From Candidatus Electronema aureum (GTDB lineage: Bacteria; Desulfobacterota; Desulfobulbia; Desulfobulbales; Desulfobulbaceae), in assembly GCA_004284765.1 (NCBI GenBank), contig NQJD01000007.1:1-32000 (forward strand): a DNA stretch of 32,000 nt, given 5' to 3'. This document shows, piece after piece, positions 15,045-21,088 of this stretch. Every line of letters begins with the position of its first letter. The stretch's first letter is position 1. The translations under genes were made by a program, and so were the position numbers. A model generated the notes under the pieces. It did no database searches and was not told where the DNA came from. It saw nothing but the letters and a program-made list of their open reading frames with translations.

Positions 15045-16469
15045 ATGAAATCAAAACTGATGATACGTCCTGAAACTCGCTGTATCGTTATCGCCGGTCT
15101 AAGCGGTGGCTCTGGCAAATCGGTGGCTTCAGTCGCGCTGGCGGCGGCATTACGGCAACGCGGCAGCCGGGTAGCACCGTTCAAAAAAGGGCCGGATTAC
15201 ATAGATGCGGGCTGGTTGACAGCGGCTGCGGGTCAGCCCTGCTATAACCTTGATCCGTTCCTGATGAGCGTGGCGGCTGTCGGCGAGTCCTTTCAACGGC
15301 ACGCGGCTGGTGCGGAGTTCGCCCTCATTGAGGGCAACCGGGGACTGTACGACGGCGTGACAGCGGAAGGTGAATTTTCCACCGCAGAATTAGCCGTGTT
15401 GCTGGATGTACCCGTCCTCTTGGTAGTCAATTGCAGCAAAACCACCCGAACAGTGGCGGCGATGGTGCTTGGTTGTCGAGAATTGGACAAGCGGGTGCGC
15501 ATTGCTGGGGTGATCTTGAATCAGATTGCCTCGCCTCGTCACGAGCGGATTATTCGCCAAGCAGTGGAACAGGATACTGGCATCCCGGTGGTCGGAATCA
15601 TCCCACGTTTGGAGAAGGACATTTTCCCCATGCGCCATCTCGGCGTACTTCCGCATCAGGAGTACGGCGACAGCAATGCCGAGGCAGCAGTCAGTCGTTT
15701 GGCCGCGCTGGCTGAGGCGCATTTTGATCTGGACTTGATTGTCCGATTAGCCGCGCCGCGATGTTTTGAACCGCCGTCCGCCTTGCCACAGATCAAGGAC
15801 ACGGAGAACGTGACCATCGGTATCTTGCGCGATGCGGCCTTTCAGTTCTATTATCAGGAAAATCTCGATGCTCTGCGTGAAGGCGGCGCGGAGCTGGTGA
15901 TGATCAACGCTCTGATCGCAGAGCAGCTACCGGAGGGCTTGGATGCGCTTTACATCGGCGGTGGCTTCCCAGAAACTCATGCCCAGCATTTAGGAGAAAA
16001 CGCCTCCTTCCGTACTTCTGTCCGGCAAGCGGCGGAGCAAGGGTTGCCGATCTATGCGGAATGTGGCGGGCTGATGTATCTGGGTCGCTCAATCATTGTG
16101 GACGGCAGCGAATATCCGTTAGTTGGGGTTTTTCCGGTCACATTTACCATGTCGCAGAAACCGCAGGCCCACGGTTATTCTATCTGTACAGTTGAGCAAA
16201 AGAATCCTTTTTATCCGCTCGGAACACAGATCAAAGGACACGAGTTTCGCTATTCAACAGTGGCGAATTGGGACGGTAGGGCAGAGGAGTTGGCTTTGCG
16301 GGTGGAGCGGGGAACAGGTTTTCAGGAAAAACGAGACGGGCTGCGGAAAAACAATGTGCTGGCTCTTTACACCCACGTGCTGGCTCCGGGTGCGCCGGAA
16401 TGGGCGGCAGGACTGCTGCGGGCTGCACAAGATTGGAGAAAAAAAGGCAGGCATTCCAATACGGAATAA
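15045..16469 (+). CDS. cbiA: cobyrinate a,c-diamide synthase family protein (CbiA/CobB/DsrN/CfbB-type tetrapyrrole amidase)
   Basis: N-terminal ATPase P-loop IAGLSGGSGKS. C-terminal GATase-1 domain with YAECGGLMYL and the GHEFRYS block. Start is ambiguous (ATG 15045 or 15060; the TTG at 15006 overlaps gabD). Confidence 0.8.
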   Translation: MKSKLMIRPETRCIVIAGLSGGSGKSVASVALAAALRQRGSRVAPFKKGPDYIDAGWLTAAAGQPCYNLDPFLMSVAAVGESFQRHAAGAEFALIEGNRGLYDGVTAEGEFSTAELAVLLDVPVLLVVNCSKTTRTVAAMVLGCRELDKRVRIAGVILNQIASPRHERIIRQAVEQDTGIPVVGIIPRLEKDIFPMRHLGVLPHQEYGDSNAEAAVSRLAALAEAHFDLDLIVRLAAPRCFEPPSALPQIKDTENVTIGILRDAAFQFYYQENLDALREGGAELVMINALIAEQLPEGLDALYIGGGFPETHAQHLGENASFRTSVRQAAEQGLPIYAECGGLMYLGRSIIVDGSEYPLVGVFPVTFTMSQKPQAHGYSICTVEQKNPFYPLGTQIKGHEFRYSTVANWDGRAEELALRVERGTGFQEKRDGLRKNNVLALYTHVLAPGAPEWAAGLLRAAQDWRKKGRHSNTE

Positions 16470-16476
16470 CCTGCCT
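16438..16476 (-). terminator. intrinsic terminator of the globin gene, overlapping the cbiA 3' end
   Basis: AGGCAGG (16445-16451) pairs with CCTGCCT (16470-16476), with an inner ATTCC/GGAAT extension. On the minus strand it is followed by a T7 run (A-run 16438-16444). Confidence 0.7.
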
Positions 16477-16497
16477 GATTGCTTCTGACAACAGTTA

Positions 16498-17016
16498 TTA
16501 CTTGTTCAGAACATCCTTCCGCACGCTGTTTGCAACATCCGCAGCCTTTTTAATCTGATCATCTTTCACGCCCAGCTCTTTCAGAGCCGCGCCCAAATGC
16601 TCAAGAATAACATCAAAGTGGCTGTCGTTCAGCCCTTTCTGCACTAAATGAGCATGAGCAGTGCGCAGGTCGCGACCGGCATACGCATTAGGGCCACCAA
16701 AGGCAAAGGTCAAAAAAGCCTTCTGCATTGCTCTCTGACGATCCATATCAACCCCTTTGAAAAAGCCGTTGACCCGATCATCAGCCAGCACTTTTTTGTA
16801 GAAAAGATCAACTGCTGCATCAACGGCCTTCTCGCCGCCCAGCTGCTCATACAGGGTCGGTTCAGTAGGCTTTGCTGCTTCTGTCGCCGGAACCTCAATC
16901 TTGGTTTCCGGGGCGGCAGGTGCAACAGCTGCATCTTTTTTCGCAAAGGCGTTATGGCCAACAGCAATGGTCAGAAAAGCTGCTGCGGCTGTTGCTACGA
17001 GAATTGTTTTTTTCAT
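16498..17016 (-). CDS. glbN: group I truncated haemoglobin (trHbN) with N-terminal Sec-type signal peptide and Ala/Pro/Glu linker
   Basis: The globin core LYEQLGGEKAVDAAVDLFYKKVLADDRVNGFF...DMDRQRAMQKAFLTFAFGGPNAYAGRDLRTAHAHL...HFDVILEHLG aligns block by block with cyanobacterial GlbN as I remember it. The N-terminus is MKKTILVATAAAAFLTIAVGHNAFA|KKDAAVAPAAPETKIEVPATEAAKPTEPT. Confidence 0.9.
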   Translation of the reverse strand: MKKTILVATAAAAFLTIAVGHNAFAKKDAAVAPAAPETKIEVPATEAAKPTEPTLYEQLGGEKAVDAAVDLFYKKVLADDRVNGFFKGVDMDRQRAMQKAFLTFAFGGPNAYAGRDLRTAHAHLVQKGLNDSHFDVILEHLGAALKELGVKDDQIKKAADVANSVRKDVLNK

Positions 17017-17145
17017 GAATCAGGCTCCATCTGAGGACATTTTGCCCTCTAAAATTTTGTGAAGCAGTCAGCGACAATATAGCCCGCCGCTTCTTCGTTT
17101 TGATCAGCAGAACATGCTGCGGGAAGAATCATTCCTTCTCAAGAC
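17017..17145 (-). promoter_or_regulatory. conserved leader/promoter block A (upstream of glbN)
   Basis: About 70% identical by eye over ~130 bp to 17723-17861. Contains hairpin 17033-17049 located 17 nt upstream of the ATG. Confidence 0.65.
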
Positions 17146-17249
17146 AAAATGGTATGCTTTAGGCAGAAAAAAGGCAAGGAGGATTTTTTGCAGCTGTGGT
17201 GGAAAGGACTAAAGGAAAGCAAAATAAAGAACGGCAGGGAGGGGAGATA

Positions 17250-17294
17250 CAAAAAACATAGGCGGCAGGCTCATTGTGAGAACCTACCGCCTAC
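17250..17294 (-). terminator. intrinsic terminator of the Ala-rich protein gene
   Basis: TAGGCGGCAGG (17259-17269) pairs with CCTACCGCCTA (17283-17293) with one mismatch. On the minus strand it is followed by TGTTTTTTG. A second small hairpin ATGCCGAA/TTCGGCAT lies at 17309-17330. Confidence 0.75.
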
Positions 17295-17350
17295 GGTGCC
17301 GCACTTCTATGCCGAAAGTTAATTCGGCATGAATATGCAGCCAAAAGATA

Positions 17351-17722
17351 TTACTTCTTATCTGTTGCTTTCTTCTCTTTAGCGGCATCAGCCGGTACAG
17401 CTTCAGCAGCCTGAGCAGCTTCATCAGTGGCAGGTGCAGCCTCAGCAGGTGCAGATTCAGTCTGAGCAGCAGCCTGAGCAGCTTCATCAGTGGCAGGTGC
17501 AGCCTCAGCAGGTGCAGATTCAGTCTGAGCAGCAGCCTGAGCAGCTTCATCAGTGGCAGGTGCAGCGGTAGCATCAGCCGGTACAGCTTCTTCGCCTTTA
17601 ACGGCAGCAGCCTCAGTAGATGCAGCTTCAGCGGTAGCAGCTTCAGGTTTCTTTGCAAAAACGGCATTGCTTGCTGCAACAACGAACAGAGCGGTGGCCA
17701 AGAATAACAGTGCTTTCTTCAT
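17351..17722 (-). CDS. secreted Ala/Glu/Thr/Pro-rich tandem-repeat protein
   Basis: MKKALLFLATALFVVAASNAVFA|KKPEAATAEAA..., with a signal peptide and KK start similar to the globin's. Contains 21-aa repeats APATDEAAQAAAQTESAPAEA. ATG 17722 with AAGGA upstream is preferred over TTG 17728. Confidence 0.75.
   Translation of the reverse strand: MKKALLFLATALFVVAASNAVFAKKPEAATAEAASTEAAAVKGEEAVPADATAAPATDEAAQAAAQTESAPAEAAPATDEAAQAAAQTESAPAEAAPATDEAAQAAEAVPADAAKEKKATDKK
17409..17566. repeat. 63-bp tandem repeat, about 2.5 copies, copies 1 and 2 identical
   Basis: Units start at 17409, 17472 and 17535. Sequence is GCCTGAGCAGCTTCATCAGTGGCAGGTGCAGCCTCAGCAGGTGCAGATTCAGTCTGAGCAGCA. Confidence 0.9.
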
Positions 17723-17861
17723 GATCAAGGTTCCTTGCGAGGGATATTTTTCCCTCTGAAATTTATGAAGCGGTTAACGGCAATCTGCCGATAACTCTTC
17801 GTTTATAGCAGCAGAAAATGCTGTGGGAAAGCGATAGTCTTCCTTAAGAAGAAGGGAATCT
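17723..17861 (-). promoter_or_regulatory. conserved leader/promoter block B (upstream of the Ala-rich protein gene)
   Basis: Paralogous to 17017-17145. Hairpin GAGGGA-TATTTT-TCCCTC at 17739-17756 lies 17 nt upstream of the ATG. A possible -10 (TATAAA on the minus strand) sits near 17813-17818. Confidence 0.65.
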
Positions 17862-18045
17862 TATTCCTTTACGAGAGGAAACGCAAGTATTTTTTTATCC
17901 GTTTTTAACGTGCAAGCTGTTTCTAGCTAACCTATCTTAGCGGCTATGTTTTTCAACTTTTTCAGATACTTTCTGATCGAGCTACCGAAACATAGGGTAA
18001 CAGTGAACCCTGAATGTTATTCGTAAAGAAAACAATTTAAGATGG

Positions 18046-19068
18046 TTAGTGTTGTATCCGTAAATTCCTCTTCTTTTGATAGAGGAACACCGCCCGGTTA
18101 TGCTCCTCCAGTGTGCTGGAGAATTGATGGCTGCCGTCGTTCTTGGAAACAAAGTACAGATACGGCACCTCCGCCGGATGCAGCACTGCCTCCAACGCCG
18201 CCTTGCCGGGATTGCAAATTGGCCCGACAGGCAGGCCGCTGATGGCGTAGGTGTTGTAAGGGGTTGCCGCCAGCAAGTCGGCTTTGGTTAAATTGCCGTT
18301 GAAATCCTTAATGCCGTAGATAGTAGTTGGGTCGGATTGCAGACGCATTCCCGTGCGCAGCCGATTATAAAAGACCCCAGCGATGCTCTTCCTTTCGCTG
18401 GCCGCGCCGGTCTCTTTTTCCACAATCGAGGCCAAGGTGAGGAGCTGATGCCTATTCAGCCCCCTGCTTTCCATTGCTCCCAGTTCCTTCCAGACCGCAA
18501 AAAAACGCCGCACCATCGTGCTGATGATCGTGCGCGCGTCGGTCTCGCCGCGCACAAGGCTGTAGGTCTCAGGGAAAAGATAGCCTTCCAGCGAGGTAGC
18601 TTCAAGTCCCAAGCCTTGGATGAACTGCCTGTCGTGGCAGAGCTGAAGAAAGGCGGCGGTGTCTGTCCAGCCGTCCTTGGCAAAGATTTCCGCAATCTGC
18701 GCCATCGTCAAACCTTCTGGCACTGTCACCCGGTGCTGCACCGGCTTGGCGTTATGCAGGAAGCGGATAACTTGCAGTGGGGTCAGCCCCAGCGGAACGC
18801 TGAATTCTCCTGCCCGCAGCTTGGGTGGGTTCTTCCGTTCAAGCTCTCGCAGCAGGCGCAGCAGCGCGAGAAAGCGGATGTCGTCTTTAATCAGCCCCTT
18901 TTCGCCGAGCAGCGTTTTGATCTGCCGACTGCCCGCGCCTTTGGGAATGTCAACAATCACCTCACCGCTGCCTGGCGCGAGAGTGAAGACATAATAGGCA
19001 AACCAGCCTCCGGCGGCAAAACTGACGAGCAGAAGCAGGGCAAAGAAAACGCGGCAGAAGGTGCGCAT
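18046..19068 (-). CDS. mltG: endolytic murein transglycosylase MltG (YceG family)
   Basis: N-terminal membrane anchor, then YceG blocks ASIVEKETG, AGVFYNRL, MRLQSDPTTIYG, YNTY...GLPVGPICNPG, YLYFVS. ATG at 19068 (a TTG at 19071 is also possible). Confidence 0.9.
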   Translation of the reverse strand: MRTFCRVFFALLLLVSFAAGGWFAYYVFTLAPGSGEVIVDIPKGAGSRQIKTLLGEKGLIKDDIRFLALLRLLRELERKNPPKLRAGEFSVPLGLTPLQVIRFLHNAKPVQHRVTVPEGLTMAQIAEIFAKDGWTDTAAFLQLCHDRQFIQGLGLEATSLEGYLFPETYSLVRGETDARTIISTMVRRFFAVWKELGAMESRGLNRHQLLTLASIVEKETGAASERKSIAGVFYNRLRTGMRLQSDPTTIYGIKDFNGNLTKADLLAATPYNTYAISGLPVGPICNPGKAALEAVLHPAEVPYLYFVSKNDGSHQFSSTLEEHNRAVFLYQKKRNLRIQH

Positions 19069-19151
19069 CAATCACCACCGGTTATGAGAATTGATATGCG
19101 CCACCTGTTTGCAATGATGGAAGAGAACAGCTGGCGGTGAAAGAGTCCACT

Positions 19152-19391
19152 TTATGTGAGGCAGCGACCCCTGCGCCGCCTGCCGCTTTGCCCGCACCTG
19201 TAAGGCAACAGCTCGGCAAGCTGCTTGTCGCGGCCAAGGAAGTTCCCATCCCGCTGCAAAAAGGATGGGAATCCCATTTCCAATTCATCGAGCGTAGAAT
19301 TTCTCGTGGGTTACTCATCCCGCAGCTGCCTCAATCATTCCTGAGTTTTGCCCGATGCGCCCTCACCCACGAGGATGATCTTGACCTCAGC
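19152..19391 (-). pseudogene. decayed remainder of a ROCO-type gene: Roc GTPase P-loop interrupted by in-frame stops
   Basis: In the same frame as the LRR ORF: ...KE-TGA-AEVKIILVGEGASGKTQE-TGA-LRQLRDE-TAA-PTRNS...FLGRDKQLAELL...-TAA (stops at 19392-94, 19335-37, 19311-13, 19152-54). KIILVGEGASGKT is a Walker A / Roc G1 motif. Confidence 0.55.
19242..19270. repeat. palindromic hairpin element, copy 2 (TTCCCATCC - 11 nt - GGATGGGAA)
   Basis: Same arms as 499-533. The shared flank is GGATGGGAATCCC.TTCCA..TTCATCG. Lies inside the decayed ROCO region. Confidence 0.6.
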
Positions 19392-19700
19392 TCATTCCTT
19401 GGTGCCTTCTTTAGCTGCGGCGAAGTATTCTCGGATGGCTTTTATGCCTTTGTAGGCAATCTCTATGGGTGGGGAGGTAAGAGGGTTGCCGTAAAGCCAA
19501 AGCTCTCGTAGATTGGTCAGTTGAACGATCTCTGGCGGCAGGCTGGTAAGGTGGTTGTGGACGAGAGCAAGACAGGTGAGATTGGTGAGCTGAAAGAGTT
19601 CGAGCGGCAGCTCCGTTAATTTTTGGAAGTCAAGATTAAGCTCCGTTGCCCCTGTCTCCGCCGCCTCTTTAATCCGCCGCAACGCTTCTTCTTTGCTCAT
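19392..19700 (-). CDS. leucine-rich-repeat protein (102 aa), probably the surviving N-terminal fragment of a ROCO protein
   Basis: MSKEEALRRIKEAAETGATELNLDFQKLTELPLELFQLTNLTCLALVHNHLTSLPPEIVQLTNLRELWLYGNPLTSPP contains LxxLxLxxNxL repeats. ATG 19700 is preferred. Followed in frame by a Roc P-loop after a TGA. Confidence 0.7.
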   Translation of the reverse strand: MSKEEALRRIKEAAETGATELNLDFQKLTELPLELFQLTNLTCLALVHNHLTSLPPEIVQLTNLRELWLYGNPLTSPPIEIAYKGIKAIREYFAAAKEGTKE

Positions 19701-19736
19701 TGCCTTGTTCCTCCGTGGGCGTTTTTGCCGTGTGGT

Positions 19737-19764
19737 GTATGGGCGATTCGCGAATCGCCCATAC
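19737..19764. repeat. 28-bp perfect palindrome GTATGGGCGATTCGCGAATCGCCCATAC
   Basis: The reverse complement of 19737-19750 equals 19751-19764. It reads GRFANRPY in both directions, which explains the two mirror ORFs in the track (19693-19899 plus strand, 19392-19856 minus strand). Confidence 0.9.
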
Positions 19765-19823
19765 AATGGCTTGTTATGCCTGTGTCCCGCATCCAACCAT
19801 AAGCGCGTGGAAATATCAACAGA

Positions 19824-19847
19824 AGGGACGAAAAATTGTTCGTCCCT
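19824..19847 (-). terminator. intrinsic terminator of the Ni/Co transporter gene
   Basis: AGGGACGAA (19824-19832) pairs with TTCGTCCCT (19839-19847). On the minus strand it is followed by TCTGTTGATATTT. Lies 13 nt after the stop. Confidence 0.6.
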
Positions 19848-19859
19848 ACATCGCACACA

Positions 19860-20798
19860 TCAGAACCAAATGTTCTTCACTGAATGGAACATAGTGTAGG
19901 AGCCGAGAACGATAATCAGCACTGCGCTGGCAATGCTCAACTTTCGGGCGATGTCTAAGTTGTCGCTGATCTTGCCGGTCAGATGACGACTCTGCGACAG
20001 CAGCACGCCAATGGTGATCATTACTCCACCGAGGCCGAGACTGAAGAAAAGAGTAACGCTCAAGCCTTGGGCGATCTTGCCTGCGGCAATCGCAGCAAGC
20101 AGCGTGGCAATGGCTGCGGGGCAGGGGATGAGTCCGCCGGACATACCCAACAGAAGCAGCTCCCATTTGCTTTTCGGTGCGCTCTTGCCGTGGTCGTTGT
20201 GGTCGTGATGGTTGGGTGCGGCAGGTGCAGGATCATGGTGTTCATGGGGATGAGGATGTTCATGATAGCCGCTGCCCTCTCCTTCGTGTTCATGCGGATG
20301 CACATGCGGGTGCTGATGCTCGTGAACATGCTCATGAGGCGGCGGGGTTTCGTGCTGATGATCATGCTCGTTTCCGTCTCTATGTACATGAGGATGCTCA
20401 TGCGGATGATGGTGTTCGTGGCTGTGTTCGTTGTGCGGGTGGTGATGATCATGCCCACTGCCAAAGAGATGAATATGGCCGTGACCTGAACCAGAAAGTC
20501 GCTGCCGTAACATCCAAATACCAACGATCAGAATCAGCGCAGCAGAGAACAGACCTAACCAGTTGTGCAGCACTTCGTCCGAGTAGGTCTTGGAGAGCAG
20601 CATCGCCACCAGACCAAGTAGGATGACGCTGAAGGTATGGGTGATAGTAACGATAGTGCCGAGCAGCACACCGTCCCAAGCCCGGCCTCTGGTGCCGACC
20701 ATATAGGCTGCGATCAGGGTCTTGCCGTGACCGGGTTCAAAGGCATGAAATGCGCCGAGGATAATCGCCCCAGAATACAGTGTAAACAGCGTGGTCAT
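19860..20798 (-). CDS. RcnA/NicO-family nickel/cobalt transporter with very long His-rich loop
   Basis: N-terminal HAFEPGHGKT motif characteristic of the RcnA/NicO family. About six hydrophobic segments. The central ~100-residue loop has about 39 His (my count), e.g. HDHHHPHNEHSHEHHHPHEHPHVH. Confidence 0.8.
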   Translation of the reverse strand: MTTLFTLYSGAIILGAFHAFEPGHGKTLIAAYMVGTRGRAWDGVLLGTIVTITHTFSVILLGLVAMLLSKTYSDEVLHNWLGLFSAALILIVGIWMLRQRLSGSGHGHIHLFGSGHDHHHPHNEHSHEHHHPHEHPHVHRDGNEHDHQHETPPPHEHVHEHQHPHVHPHEHEGEGSGYHEHPHPHEHHDPAPAAPNHHDHNDHGKSAPKSKWELLLLGMSGGLIPCPAAIATLLAAIAAGKIAQGLSVTLFFSLGLGGVMITIGVLLSQSRHLTGKISDNLDIARKLSIASAVLIIVLGSYTMFHSVKNIWF

Positions 20799-20825
20799 GA
20801 AAAGTCTCCGTCCTTTTTGGGAGTA

Positions 20826-20841
20826 ATGAAAGTGCTTTCAT
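20826..20841. promoter_or_regulatory. 16-bp palindrome ATGAAAGTGCTTTCAT, candidate operator in the transporter-lysR divergent region
   Basis: Perfect 7-bp arms, 28 nt upstream of the transporter ATG (20798). A role as a LysR-type or metal-regulator site is inferred from position only. Confidence 0.35.
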
Positions 20842-21088
20842 GACTTAAAACACAAAGCCACCTGCCCGTGCAATAGGTTATTTACCTCATTTTGTCGGGC
20901 GAAACACCTACGAGGCTGGGTGTTGGTATGGAAAGAGAAGCCAATGCTTGTACGCAAAGCAAGAGCTGTGGGCTGCTTTTTATCTTGACAACAAGGGTGT
21001 ATTGTACCTACATAGCAAGCAGAGTCAGCAAGAGCACACGGAATTGGTAACCATCTGCCGCCTTCATCAGGCGGTTACAGGAGCGAGC

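Noticed and set aside
17095-17112. An FNR/CRP-like site (TTGAT-N4-ATCAA) in the globin leader, which would fit O2-responsive control
   Set aside because: Only one half-site (TTGAT at about 17099-17103) is present. The paralogous leader has TTTAT at the aligned position, and there is no convincing dyad.
18337-19140. 267-aa plus-strand ORF opposite mltG, and ORF 19137-19511
   Set aside because: They are antisense shadows of mltG and of the LRR/ROCO remnant. There is no RBS and no domain signal.
19392-19394. The in-frame TGA between LRR and Roc P-loop as selenocysteine or programmed read-through
   Set aside because: Two further in-frame stops (TGA 19335-19337, TAA 19311-19313) follow within 80 nt, and no SECIS-like hairpin is evident. 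Gene decay is the simpler explanation.
19983-20626. Several overlapping ORFs (both strands) within the His-rich loop region of the transporter gene
   Set aside because: They are artefacts of the repetitive CAT/CAC/GAG codon run. The frame containing HAFEPGHGKT and the TM segments is the only coherent one.
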